DNA of 64,000 bases, from NCBI GenBank assembly GCA_951406725.2, contig OX597826.1, positions 58,838,001 to 58,902,000 on the forward strand, in the 5' to 3' direction. Of this stretch, positions 38,896 to 54,520 are shown piece after piece. The position numbers and the translations under genes are program-made. The first letter of the stretch is position 1; each line of letters begins with the position of its first letter. This DNA comes from Octopus vulgaris (taxonomy: Eukaryota). Under the pieces are notes generated by a model. That model saw nothing but the letters and a program-made list of their open reading frames with translations. It was not told the DNA's origin and ran no database searches.

Positions 38896-38907
38896 CGTAC
38901 GGGAGCT

Positions 38908-38939
<32 letters not shown>

Positions 38940-38965
38940 CATACATACATACATACATACATACA

Positions 38966-38999
<34 letters not shown>

Positions 39000-39649
39000 C
39001 ACGACAGGCTTCTTTCTGTTACCATGTACCAGACACACTGACGAAACTTTGGTCGCCCCGGTACTGTTGTCGAAAGTATTCGTCTAGGCTGCCGCACAGT
39101 GAGACCGAACTCCACACCATATGGTTGGAAAAGAAGCTTCTTACCACACAACGACGCCTATAATAGGAACAAGTAAATAAATAGAAAAAAAAAATGAAAA
39201 GAAATCATTAATTTATTTATTGAGAAAACTGAAAGGAAAAGTTTTAAGTATGTGGAAACGGAGAGCAATTATTTTCAGAACTCTTGGATAAATTCTTTAA
39301 AACAATGCAACATTCCATTCTTACTACAAACATTTATAAATAAATGAAACAAACAAGAGCCAATAGAAAATCCTGGGTTTGTTTATTGAAAGTTGACCTT
39401 GGTCTAAATAACTGCAAAATGAATGACATTTCCCTGGGCCAACGTAAGAGGGTATCTATGTAGACAAGCCATTGCTAGATATAGCAGTAAAATCTTTTGA
39501 TATATTTTATATTATTTTTAATAGAGATAACAAAGCAGTTTAGGATAAACTTTTCTTTTCGCAATGTTAGTTCTTTTAGTCACGAGCATGTGCCCTTTCT
39601 GGGGCACCACCGCCTTAACCACCTCAAGTAAGACACTAACGTCTTAGGG

Positions 39650-39905
39650 TGAAGGTGCGTGGTTTATTGGTTAGAGTGCTGGACTCATCATTGTAAGATT
39701 GTGGTTTCGATTCCTGGACTGGGTGACGCATTGTTTTCTTGAGCAAAAGACTTTATTTCACATTGCCCCAGTCCAAAAATGAATGACCATGTGATGGACC
39801 GGCGTTCTGTCCAGGTGGGGAATATATGAAACTGGGAAACCAGCCCTTAGAAGTCGGTATGATTCGTGAAACCAGCCCTTATGAGTTGGTATGATTCGTG
39901 AAGGT
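39650..39905 (+). mobile_element. SINE family C, tail type 1, with a short terminal duplication
   Basis: tRNA-like head GGTTTCGATTCC; GATGGACCGGCG..GTCCAG tail; GAAACCAGCCCTTA..GGTATGATTCGT occurs twice. Confidence 0.75.
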
Positions 39906-40345
39906 AACTTTACCAGTTTAACGTCTTAGAAAAGGAAAAATAAAAAGAAGAATCAAATATACAAAACCCTAAAAAAATGGGCATGACTGGAGCGCTTTTC
40001 TTTAACAACCTGCTAGGGGACATTTTTGACCTAGGGTTAAACGCAAACAACAACAAAAACAAGAACAATAAAAACAACACTATAAACAACATGTTCTGAT
40101 TTTTCTAATCATAAGTAATCACGTGGGCATCTTGCTTTAATTATCATTAATTATCCAGAGATCTAAAACGGAAGACGACATCGTTTGAACATATTAATTA
40201 ATGCCACTGCTAAGTCATTTCACATATTTGCTAAATGCTAGACTGCTTAATTTCTAACTCAGTTAATGACTCCTTGTGTGTTTGTGGCGTATGTGTATGT
40301 ATGTATTTATGTATGTATGTATGTACATATATGTCTATGTATATA

Positions 40346-40385
<40 letters not shown>

Positions 40386-40519
40386 CTTACTGTTACTTAT
40401 TTCCCAATTATAACTAATGATTGTTTCTTGTGCAAATTATGTATGTATGTATGTATGTATATACATATGTATATAAGAACGAATGTATGTGAATGTATTT
40501 ATGTATATTAATGACTGCC

Positions 40520-40826
<307 letters not shown>

Positions 40827-41376
40827 GATGTTTTTACTACATATTATTTACCTCTTCATTCCCCTCTAATTACCGCAACGCTCTTGCGGTGAGAAGTTAT
40901 AGAAATTAAATGTATAATTCGCTGAAAATGAATTAATTGAAACTGATTTTCTTATAATAATGCTGTCTTGGAGTTTTAGGATATAATCTGGTCGTAATTT
41001 ATTTCCAAATGTGATAATATACACCTGGAAACAGAGGTTGAAGTAGTCTACAGTTTGCCAATCTACTTATGATTTATACATATACTAGAGTAGCCTTCTC
41101 AGCAAGATCGCACAGTGTTGAATATATGCAACACGTTACAACTTTTCGATAATGTTTCAGCGTGATGATATATTCTCATCATTGTATTGTACATAATAAC
41201 TTCAAGGAAATGGTAATACTATAAAGAAGAAATATAGGATTCTCTTTGTAAAGAGACTGGCGTAGGTAAAGGTGTATGGCTGAGAAGATCACATCGCGAT
41301 AACGTAGTTCCAAGTTTAGTGCCATTCCAGAGCACGTTCAGCAAGTGTCTTGTTCTATAGTACCCGGTTGGACAAT

Positions 41377-41446
<70 letters not shown>

Positions 41447-41450
41447 TATA

Positions 41451-41655
41451 ACGGGAAGTTTTATGGAAATAAACAAAAGACGAAGGCAGGTGGAATACAA
41501 ACAAACAATTGTATTAGTATGGCGCTCAGGAATAGAAATAAAACAAGTATTTTACGTTTCGAGCCTACGCTCTTCAACAGAAAGATACACAGAAAAGAAA
41601 CACGGAGAGAAACAAGGAGAGAAAAAAATGCGTGCAGAAGCTAGCGAATCAACAT
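41451..41655 (-). mobile_element. Penelope-like pLTR fragment between (TA)n tracts
   Basis: Homologous to 8895-9085 and 57920-58088. Confidence 0.7.
41547..41588 (-). ncRNA. Minimal hammerhead-like motif, variant core CUGUUGA
   Basis: Minus strand reads GTATCTTT-CTGTTGA-A-GAGCgtagGCTC-GAAA-CGT-A-AAATAC. Confidence 0.55.
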
Positions 41656-41695
<40 letters not shown>

Positions 41696-41812
41696 CCGTG
41701 ATCACAGTGATCGACCAGGCTATCAGATGTTGCTACACATCGCTGGTCACAATGCACTTCGCATTGTTTTAGCCTTCAAATTACGCCACCACGCTGGCTA
41801 AGCGAGCAGGCC

Positions 41813-41861
<49 letters not shown>

Positions 41862-41865
<4 letters not shown>

Positions 41866-42285
41866 GTCTGATCAATAAGTATCCGAACTATTGCAATAGT
41901 ACTGAAGATAAGGAGTGCAGAGTGGAGCCGTTCGGTAAAGACTTAGCTTGAACTCAGCTGTGCATGAGGTCTAAGTTTTACCCTCCTAGTTCACTTCCGC
42001 TGTTTACAGCAGTGCTTGGATAGAAGGTGTGTAGCGTGTGATCGTAGCATTGACCAGGATAGAGAAAGTTGACATGGCGACACCTGCTTAGAGGTCTACG
42101 CAAAGTTGCAGAAAGTGTACGGAGGGGTATGTATGAGCCACACACAAGTGTATGAGTGGTCCAAACGTTTCCAAGATGGCCAAAAAATGTCGATATTGAC
42201 GAACGTTCCGAAAGATCCGCAACTAGCAGAACTGAGAAAATCAACGCAGATGTGCGTGCAGCTGCGACAGGAAATCGTCGAATCT
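41862..42285 (+). pseudogene. Mariner transposon 5' relic (HTH region)
   Basis: QKVYGGVCMSHTQVYEWSKRFQDG matches the mariner N-terminal HTH; starts at a TA tract with a TIR-like GTCTGATCAATAAGTATCCG. Confidence 0.75.
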
Positions 42286-43116
42286 ATTAAGTTTCTGTCT
42301 ACTAAATACACTAACAAGGTTTTGGGCGGCCCGAATCAATAGAAGAAAATACATGCCCGATGTGTCACGTAGTGGGACTGAATCCAGAACCATGTGGTTG
42401 AGAAGACGCTTGTAACCACACAGCCACGCAGAAGAGATTCTGACCAAGAAAAAAATGCCTACCAAAAAGCCTTCAAATAATGTTCAATGTCAGAAATATA
42501 ATACATTAAATTTCACAATACAACAAACAAGAAACACAGCGAAGAACTTGTGGGCCACAGACTCAACTGTCACTGACTTCCAACTCTGAAATAAAAAAAC
42601 ACTCCTAGTATCGTATGTGAGAATTAAGTGCATGCCAGGAGCATAGATGGAAATGACCCACGACAGTATAATTATATTTAAGTTAATTGAGATATAAAAT
42701 GAGTCAACAGGTTGTCGGTGCATTAACTTGATGTAACAGAGAAGGATGTATCTCGAATATCTCATTTAGAAATTATGGTATATCTAATACTTTTAACTAT
42801 CTATTTTTACGTACACAAACACACACAGACACACACACACACATACACACACGCAATGTGTGTCAGTACGCGTGTGTATGTACTTGAGAGGTGTTTGTAG
42901 GGAGTCAGAGTGAGAAATATAGACAGAGGTTAATTATCAGCTGAGTTTCACCTCTAAATAGCAACAAGGAATGTTGCCAACAGCTTTAAAAGATTATATT
43001 TGAATACTTTCCGCTTTTTAGAAATAATATTCGAAACCTGACAGGATGTATATTGCATAGTGTCTATAATTTTCTTTCAAAACATATTGCGTACAAGAAA
43101 ATATGAGTAACACACA

Positions 43117-43166
<50 letters not shown>

Positions 43167-43904
43167 GACACGAGCACACTCGTATGTATATAAGCATGCT
43201 CTTTCTGGGGCCCCGCTGTGAAGTCTTTAGTCATAGAAATCGAACCTAGTACTTATTCTTAAGTCTGTTACTTATTCTATCGATTTTTTCTGTAAGTTGG
43301 GGGCGGGGGTGTAAACAAACCAACGCTGGTCGTCAAGCGGTGTTGGCTAAAAAAATTGATCACGGAAACATGCATGCATACACCCAAATGCTAGTGTTGG
43401 AATACTCTCATGTACACACGTAAACATATATATAATACACGATGCGTAGAGTATATGATTACCAAATACATTTTCAAGTCATTGGTCGAATCCGGGTTAC
43501 AGTAGAAAGATACTAACAGAAGGTATCCAGCGGTGACCTGGATCGGAAATCCCATGGTTGAAGAGAAAGCTTCTTGATCATACATGCATGCATGCATGTA
43601 TGTATACATGCATATATGTTTATATGTCATTGTTCAGTTTTATTTCAAGATTTCTTGCAAATAGAGAAAGAGCCGGTTTCTAACCTAGATCCAAAACCCC
43701 TTCATTGGAATTTCAACATCAACAACAGGGTATTTTTGTATGTATGTATGTATGTATGTATGTATGTATGTATGTATGTATGGGGAACAGTGGTCAGTTA
43801 CTTGAACCAGTAATGCAGTTTGGCTGACAGGCACTATGGAACCTGTTGGAATGTCACTACCTGCAATACCACGTGGTGGTCTCATTCACTTTTCGATTTT
43901 GTTT

Positions 43905-44187
43905 AGAGTTTAGAAGAAAGCAAAAACTAAAGGAAGCCCGTCGTATATATGTATATACATATGTGTGTGTGTATATGTTTGTGTGTCTTTGTTCGCCCCC
44001 GCAACATCGCTTGACAACCGATGCTAGTGTGTTTACGTCACCGTAACTTAGCGGTTCGACAAAAAAAAACCGATAGAATAAGTACTAGGCTTACAAAGAA
44101 TAAGTCCTGAGGTCGATTTTCTTGACTAAAGGCGGTGCTCCATCATGGCCACAGTCATATGACTGAAACAAGTAAAAGAGTTAAAGA

Positions 44188-44190
<3 letters not shown>
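43905..44190 (+). mobile_element. SINE family A, 3' two-thirds
   Basis: Matches 7010-7280. Confidence 0.85.
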
Positions 44191-44226
<36 letters not shown>

Positions 44227-44575
44227 AGTATATATAAGAGTATATATATATATATATATCCTCATACAGTCTCATGACTCAACGATCTCCACATGAGTGG
44301 TACGCGCAACATTTTAGTGTAGAAAAATATTTAATTCATTTACTAATTTTCGGGAGGGGAAAATGTTTCCGATTTCCGTTTTATAGCAATTAATTGCTTG
44401 TTAGGAGTGGTGTGGAGAGTTATGGAATCGTGTGGTGTATAGCGGTGCGGTGAGGAGTGGAACAGATTTTAGTATCTTTTGGGAGTAATTATGTTTTATG
44501 AAAGTGTGTATATATGTTTGTGTGTGCGTTTGTGTGTGTGTGTGTGTGTGTGCATGTGTGTACGTGTGTGTACGC

Positions 44576-44649
<74 letters not shown>

Positions 44650-44663
44650 GTCTGTCTGTCTGA

Positions 44664-44780
<117 letters not shown>

Positions 44781-44975
44781 ACTCTATCTATCTGTTTGTC
44801 TGTCTGTCTATCTATCCATCTCTCTCTCTCTGTATATATATATGTGTGTGTGTGTGTGTGTATCTATATACGTATATTCATATATCCATATATTTATGTA
44901 TTTGTATGTGTGCCCGTTGTGTGTAACACATTTAAATGTATATATACAAACAATTCCTCCAATACACACGCATAA

Positions 44976-45023
<48 letters not shown>

Positions 45024-45489
45024 TTATTTATTTATTTATTTATATATACGTATACATATACATTTACACATACATATATACACACACATACATATATACA
45101 CACACATACATATATGCATATATATATATACGTATTCATGGATATACATTTATAAGTAGAGATACATACGTTCATGTGTGTGTGTGTGTTTGTGTGTGTA
45201 TTATCTTTCGAACTTTTACCTTTCGCTTAGTCTGAACTCCCTGGCATTTCCACTCGGACGTTCCTCGGATTGGTCTCTCTGGTAAAACAAATACCAGTCA
45301 CAGCCGGTTTCAGTCGAGTAAATTAATATCGGTTTTTATACTTCCGATTTGTCTTGCTTATATGTGGAGTAGTAATTTCTTAAAAGGGACCATTTGGGTT
45401 ATGGGAAATAACAGTAAATGAATTAATGGGTGACTACATGCGTACGTATTCATGCATACAGACAGGCATGCATACACGTAAACATATAT

Positions 45490-45720
45490 ATTTCTTTATT
45501 ACCCACAAGGGGCTAAACACAGAGGGGACAAACAAGGACAGACAAACGGGTTAAGTCGATTACATCGACCCCAGTGCGTAACTGGTACTTAATTTATCGA
45601 CCCCGAAAGGATGAAAGGCAAAGTTGACCTCGGCGGAATTTGAACTCAGAACGTAACGGCAGACGAAATACGGCTACGCATTTCGCCCGGCGTGCTAACG
45701 TTTCTGCTAGCTCGCCGCCT
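45490..45720 (-). mobile_element. SINE family B, near-consensus monomer
   Basis: Reverse complement of 486-725; flanked by the direct repeat ATACACGTAAACATATA (probable TSD). Confidence 0.92.
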
Positions 45721-45851
45721 TTTATACACGTAAACATATAGACGTTATAGAGATTATGAGCAAGGGAAGTAACTCCATAACCACATACGATTTATGCGAA
45801 GTCAGAAATGTTCGCGAGTGTGTGGTAACAAGATTGTGAAGGAATACCTTC

Positions 45852-45892
<41 letters not shown>

Positions 45893-45917
45893 TTCTCCAA
45901 CGAGATAAAACTCACAA

Positions 45918-46400
<483 letters not shown>

Positions 46401-46648
46401 CTGCATATTTGTATGTACGTAAATGTGCAATATCGATATTCTGGTACCTTTGCTTCGAAAGGATTTCCGGATTATTAGTTTTCCCTAACTAGTGGTGTGC
46501 ATGTCGGTTAACATACTCCAAATTAAACAGATTATTAAGTTTACCAAAATAAGTCAAAGAAATACAGCTACTAGTATGCTAGTATAAATTAGAGCGGATT
46601 ATTACATGCTTTGGAGTATCAGTATCCGTAACGACACTACTATAACAA

Positions 46649-46680
<32 letters not shown>

Positions 46681-47317
46681 ACACACACACACTCACACAC
46701 ACACTCACACACACGCGCGCGCACACATACACACAATAGGCAACTACATAGGTGCTGTTGGAGATTTCTTTTCGTTAGGAATTTTCCCTTCCTCTTACCC
46801 TAGGCTCAAAACATCAAAAACTGTCTCTTTTTTACCGAGCGTCAATCTAATACGTTCGTTGAGCACATCTTGTGTGTTATTGTTAATTTTATTGTTCGTT
46901 TATTTGAATTAATTACATACATATGCAAGCATGTAATGTGTGAGTGAGTGTGTGTGTGTGCATTTGCACACCTCAGAGAAGACTTCATAATTCAGAAAAC
47001 AATGTATTTTTCATGCAGTATTAAATTATGGAGTATATAGGGTCAAAATATCAGTGGACGGTTTCATATAACGCTTCGCTTCTGTAAAGCGAGAGAATGA
47101 ATATGGCCAAACGATCGACCAGCCAGGAAGGAATCCATAGTTGGAGGAAAACAAAACTTAAAAGGAAAACAGGAAAATTAAGACAATATAAGTTTGGTCT
47201 ATTCCTCCCAGAATTATGCTATGACGAATTAAGCCATCACTGGAACTGTAAAAGTCTGTAAAACTTCCGTGAAGTTTATCATTTAAGTATATATGTGCAT
47301 GTCTAGATATGCAAGCA

Positions 47318-47554
47318 CAAGGTGCGGCAGAAAGGTTGCTCCGATTTCAAAGGTCAATAGAAAACAAACACATGAAGATACAAGGAGAAACGAAGCTCTC
47401 CACACCAGACACTGGTGGGTATTATCTAAATCGAAAATATGGCATTAAAAGGCATTAATTGCAGTTTATAAAAATATAAAGTTTTTGCATGTGTCTTTAT
47501 GTCTTTGTTTTTTATTAACCTCCGTAATCGGGCCAACCTTTCTGTCGCACCCTG
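47318..47554. mobile_element. Tc1/mariner-type MITE, 237 bp, ~65-bp TIRs
   Basis: CAAGGTGCGGCAGAAAGGTTG... vs ...CAACCTTTCTGTCGCACCCTG followed by TA; empty-site paralog at 48019-48130. Confidence 0.85.
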
Positions 47555-48820
47555 TATATGGATGAGAACACATACATAAAACAAAACAAACAAATACATA
47601 ATGGCGTGAATTGCATGTATGTGTATATGAATGAAATAGAGAAGGGGATTGAAGGGAAGAAGAGAATGAAGGGGAATGAGAAAGAGAGAGAAAGAGAGAG
47701 AGAGAGACGATAGCGAAAGAGAGAGAGAAGTGGGAGAATGTAATTATAAGATGGCTGGAAGAAGGAGAACCATAGGGAAGAAGTACATACAGCACATAGG
47801 ATAGCTACTCATACATACATGCATAATTGCATACATACATGCATACTTGCATGCATACATACATACATACATACTTACATACATACATACATACATACAT
47901 AAATACATACATACGTACATACGTACATACGTACGTACATACATACATACATACATACGTACGTACATACATACATACGTACATACGTACATACATACGT
48001 TCGAAGACTACAGATCCAAGCCATCATTGGAACGATAAAAGTCTAAAACATTCCAGAGGTTTATCATTCAAGTATATATGAGCATGTCTAGATATGCAAC
48101 TATATGCATGAGAATACAAACATAAAACAATATATAAAAAGCTGCACATATGCATACATACATACATACATGCATGCATACATACATACATACATACATA
48201 CATACATACAAAAATACCCTGTTGTTGATGTTGAAATTCCAATGAAAACGCCTTCGACCATGGTTCGAAACCGGCTCTTTCTCTACTGGAAAGAAATCTT
48301 GAAATAAAACTGAATAATGACATACATACATACACACACACACACATACATATATACATACATACATACATACATGCATGCATACATACATACATACATA
48401 CATACATACACATATACATACATACATACATACATACGTACATACATACGTACATACATACATATACATACATACCTACATACACATACATACATACGTA
48501 CGTACGTACATACATACATACATACATACACACACGTTTATGTTAAATCGTCAGGTTGTGTGTGCTCACGCAAGTACTTCCGTAGACGCCCAAAAGATCG
48601 TTAAGCTCACATTGCCCGTTTATCGCCTTATTGTAGACGTTTGACTGTAGTTTCTGCTTCATCAATTACGCAAGCAACAGCAACGCCCTCATGAAGGTTT
48701 ATCATTATAATGCCATAAATACATGCTTATACTTACATGCATGCATACATACCTATACATACACACACGCTCACATACACACACGCACACACACACATAC
48801 ACACACACACATATGTATAC

Positions 48821-49255
48821 ACAAGGTGCGTAATATTATTCAATAAAACTACCTTCAGCTTCAAGAACTGCTTCTATATGAGATCTAAATCATCTACATG
48901 CTCAAATCAAGTGGTCCCGGTTCATTTTTGTCATTACTCTGACTATGGCAGCTTTCAAAGAATCTTTTGTGTTATGGGCGTGTTCATTGACCTCTCTCTC
49001 AACAACACTCCACATGTAAATAGTCCAATGGATTGAGATCTTGGGAATTAAAGGGCCAAATGTTAGGGGTTATGTGAAAATTTTCAGCCATCCATTCCTG
49101 TATTACTAGAGCCATGTGTGATAGTGCAGAGCCTTACTGAAACACACATGGCCTTCCATTGCATACACTGTCTATCCAGGGCATAACAATTATTTCCAGG
49201 ACCTCAATGAAGGCGGCAGAGTTAACTGTAAGGCCTTGTGGAAAGAAGTAAGCTT
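48821..49255 (-). pseudogene. Tc1/mariner-superfamily transposase C-terminal relic
   Basis: Minus strand reads QEWMAENFHITPNIWPFNSQDLNPLDY, matching the WPPNSPDLNPLDY motif; upstream FQ*GSALSH resembles FQQDSAPSH. Confidence 0.8.
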
Positions 49256-49269
49256 ATAGTTTTTCCCCC

Positions 49270-49545
49270 TTTTCACAACCATATAACATTTATAGTGACC
49301 AAATTCCAACCCTACATCCTTTGAGGACGTTATAACAAGGTCAAGGCACTTTTTCATCTCATGCATATTATTTGCATAGAGTTTCAAGTCATTCACAAAG
49401 TAGCAGTTTGTTATTTTCGTATTTCTGTTTCCTTGTGAACCAGTGAGATATCCTTCAGACTTCCTTAACATGAATGACAAGGGGTTTACAGAAAGTATAA
49501 ACATTACAGAGAGGCTGTCCCTTTGGAATATGCCTTTGCGATACT
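49270..49545 (-). pseudogene. Non-LTR retrotransposon RT relic (R4/Dong-like)
   Basis: GIFQRDSLS..FVNDLKLYA..SKDVGLEFGHYKC corresponds to GIFQGDSLS..F.DDLKLY..DIG..FG..KC. Confidence 0.8.
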
Positions 49546-50169
49546 GTAATCTATTAGTAATAATATATAATGTATGTATGTATGCTTGTATGCATGTATG
49601 AATGTATGTATGTATGTATGTATGTATGTATGTATGTATGTATGTATGTATGTATGTATGTATGTATGTATGTATGTATATATGCACGTATGCGTTATCA
49701 GGTCTGTTTGTAGATGCAGAACACACTTTTACAGTGAGTCCTTTCCTAACTTAAGATGGTACTATGTGATGGTTTTAGGAAAACTCGGCTGCTTTATCTA
49801 ACACGTCAAATGCCCGCCAAGAGGCCTTTTTTTAGTTAGTTTCAAAGAAACTCAGTTTTGTATGTTTCCAGATCAGTTGTAATCGAAGTTAACTTGGAGT
49901 AAAATGATGAATGTCAGGTTTCTACATTATTCTACGTAACCTAGTGAAAAGTATTCGATCAAAATTACCTTGTTCTTAGATACACCAAAAATGTTTAGCC
50001 TTTCATCTTGCTATGTGTCGATGAAAACGAAATGTAGCGATAATAACGCGGATCTTGTAAATTCTGCATTATATATTGCAAATATATTAAAGATTTGTGC
50101 TGAAATTTTACGCCGGGATATCATTTTCTGGGGGCAGTATTTATTTACAATATACTGTCAATTTAACTG

Positions 50170-50490
50170 AATGAGTGTGGCTTAGCTGTTAGGGTATTCG
50201 CTTTATGATTGTGAGGCCATGAGTTCATTTCCAGCGGCTTGATGTGTCAACTAGAGTAAAGCACTTTATTTCACGTTGCTCCAGTTCACTCAGCTGGTAA
50301 ACATGAGTAGTACCTGTACTTTCAACGGGTCAGCCTCGTCACATTCTGTGTCACGCTGAATCTTCCTGTGAACTACGTTAAGAGTACATGTGTATGTGGA
50401 GTGCTCAGCCATCGCACGTTAATTTCACGAGCTGGCTCTTCCGTTGATTGCATCAACTGGAACCCACGTCGTCGTAATCGACGGAATGTC
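50170..50490 (+). mobile_element. SINE family C, tail type 2
   Basis: Shared middle, plus the CTGTGTCACGCTGAA..GTCGTCGTAA.CGACGGA tail. Confidence 0.8.
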
Positions 50491-50985
50491 AGTTTTATTT
50501 TGTATTTGTCTATATAAAAGTAGTTGCGCTATTTCGAATAAAATTTCAATTAGATGGTGCTTGTACATAATTCTCATAACTTTTGTTCGGCGATATGACG
50601 TGAACGATTTCAACGGAGTAAATACGTATTACTGAAAACAATACTACGTTAGACTAACAAAACTTCAATATGACTTTCTCTATTGATCGGAGTTTTTGAT
50701 TGACCGCTACCAACAACCGATATGTTCAGTAAAAGGCTTTTTAAGGAAGTTGTGTAATACGAAAGTTTATCCTCCGCGTTTAGAAGTACAAATGGATGAT
50801 TAACTAAAACCTGGATGTTGGGGGCGAGGTTTCGAGTATCTAAATACAAACCTTCATGAATCCTGACAATGGCGTTTTACGCTGAAACATCACCTTGCGT
50901 AAGAATTATTTGTTTACAATAAGTATTTTAATTAAAAATTAATGTATTTGGTGACTTTCTACTATTTCTACTTTTTCCTAATTAA

Positions 50986-51089
<104 letters not shown>

Positions 51090-51858
51090 TTCGACACCTT
51101 ATGTATATACTAAAAACAGATTGTATTACCAGCGGGATCGCAGCTTCGTTGGATATCCCAAATTTCTGGATATCCAATCATGGCTATTTAAATTAACATA
51201 ACACCTTATAAAACTCATTAAAAACTCTATCCATAGATCAGTTGTATCATTAATATTCTGAATTTTTTTTAAATGAGAGAAATATGAAGAAATGTAAGCG
51301 AAATATTAATAAAGACCAAGTTGAATGTAAATGCAGTAAAGGAAGATAAAATTACTGCACTTTAAAGGACAGCGATCCATTTTAGATAGAATAGCAACTT
51401 TCTTTTAATGACAATTAATTAAAGCAAATTAGTAGAAATTCTCTTTACTTTAATTAACATTTCTAGCTGAAGACATTATTATAGATGGGTTTTTGCTTTC
51501 CGAGAAAATTTACCGAAGTAACGGAGTACGGATAATCTGTAAATGAGACACTTGAACGACTGAATATAGCGACTGACTGCTACCGACACGTGATGGTCGG
51601 TGTTAAAACCACAATTCGACTCCAAATTTGAATCAGCGTTAACACGGAAAGTATCCTCTCTATTATAAGTTTATTCATTGTTTTTCTGTGTGATGGTTAT
51701 TTGAGAATTCAGCTTAAAAGATATGAGGGACTTTACTATGTAAAACTAAGATATAGAGGGTGTCTGATATTACATACAAAAAAACATTTGGTTATGTTCC
51801 TCCATGTTATGCATTCCATTCTAGCAACACCCTCTTTTTTTGTCTCACCTCTGTGAAA

Positions 51859-52247
51859 TCTCTCTATATATAAAGCTGAAGTTGTCTGTGTATGGCAGGT
51901 TTTGTAGCCTTCAACTAACACTATCTCCTCCGAGACCCTGCGGTGCAAGTTGACCAAAATTCAGAGTATGATAGAAGACTTGTTCTTCCTTCCGTAGAAG
52001 AAGATATTCAAATCGGACCATGTTAACACCAAAACTTATTTACATCAAAAAGGTGCTTTTTTTCTATGAAAATCCCTATTTTTTACGATTTTTTGACTGC
52101 TGTGTCGCCATTTTTCGGTGTATTTCAACCAGAACAACTTTCACTTAAAAAGAATAACAAGCTACATAATGCAAAATTTTTACTTTTCAAAAATTTCAAT
52201 TCTAAAGGGTCGTAACAAAACCGAGCAACGCCGGGAGATACTGCTAG
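51859..52247 (+). mobile_element. Short non-autonomous Helitron (389 bp)
   Basis: A|TC start; CCGAGCAACGCCGGG hairpin; CTAG|T end. Confidence 0.85.
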
Positions 52248-52620
52248 TAGAGAATAAAATGTGACACTTCGGTGGCCACTTCGGTAGACATGATGCATTA
52301 CAAACCTCAAATGAAGAGTCCAGAGAATGGCTGTAAAATATTGACCGACTTAAACTGCTCATCTCACCGCCACTCATTAGTATAGTAACGATCTTGTTCT
52401 GATGTATATTTAAGTTTGTATAATACATCCAATGGTTATGATGGACTTGGTTTCTCTAATTGCTGTGCATACCACGATGTAAACAAATAACTTACTTGGA
52501 TTTAGATAAATCTTGATATCTTGATTTTAAACCGATTTCCAGTGTCACACGATGTGCAGCCATCGCCATTTTATTAATTGGCGAGCAATCTTACACGCGG
52601 ACAGAGTGAAAAAAAACAGC

Positions 52621-52700
<80 letters not shown>

Positions 52701-52708
52701 CCTGCCTA

Positions 52709-52809
<101 letters not shown>

Positions 52810-52831
52810 TTATCTATCTATTTATCTATTC

Positions 52832-53130
52832 AGCTCACAATCGTAAGGTCGTAAGTTCAATTCCCGGCGACGCGTTGTGTCCTTGAGCAAGACACTTTAA
52901 TTCACGTTGCTGGCAAAAAATCCACTCACCTGGCAAAAATGCATAGTACCTGTAATTCAAAGGGACCAACGTTGTCACATTCTGTGTCACGCTGAAATTC
53001 CTTGAGAACTACGTTAAGGATACACGTGTTTGTGGAGTGCTCAGACACTTGCGCGTTACTTTTACGAGCAAGCTCTTCCATTGATCGTATCAGCTAGGAC
53101 CCCGCTCGCCGTCGTGACCGACGGAGTGCT
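52832..53130 (+). mobile_element. SINE family C, 5'-truncated, tail type 2
   Basis: Matches 50170 and the tail of 55810. Confidence 0.8.
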
Positions 53131-53141
53131 CCTGTATATAT

Positions 53142-53181
<40 letters not shown>

Positions 53182-53487
53182 TCATATATATGTATATGTT
53201 GATATATATATATATGTATATGTTATATATATATATATATGTATATGTATATATATATGTATATATACACATACATACACGCAAATATATACACGTGTAT
53301 GTGTGTGTATATAATATTTTTATTGATATATAAATCTGTATACGTATGTGTGAGTGTTTATATGCATTATATGTGTATACATACTTTATGTCGATTTTTA
53401 ATGTGTTACTTTTATTTATGTACGATTATCGAGTTTAGTTAATGCAATTGCGTAGAATTTCGTTCGTAACTCTATCCAAATGTGTGT

Positions 53488-53539
<52 letters not shown>

Positions 53540-53716
53540 AGATGTAAGCAGTTGAACGGGCAGACACACTAACAGACAGGCAGATGAACTGACAATTCAG
53601 TCAGGAACATGCTTGAAATCACTAACGACTGTTACGAATTCATTTCTGATCAGTTGAATGTGCGCATAGCAGGCTACACACAATACATGCGGGCCGAGAA
53701 CTGCAAGAAAATGCAG

Positions 53717-54178
<462 letters not shown>

Positions 54179-54442
54179 ATGTGCATAATGTGGAGGAAGA
54201 GGAAGTGGAGTATAATGATGCAGCAAAAGAGAAATGGACGGATTTGAACAGAAAGCAATAAACCAGTGTGTGTGTAAGTGTATGTGTGTGTATGTATGTG
54301 TGTGTGTGTGTGTGTATGTGTGTGTATGTGTGTGTGTGTGTGTGTGTGTAAGTGTGGTTGTGTGCATATAAAGATATATATACATACATATACATACATA
54401 AATATATATATGTATAAATATATGTATAAATATATGTATAAA

Positions 54443-54520
<78 letters not shown>

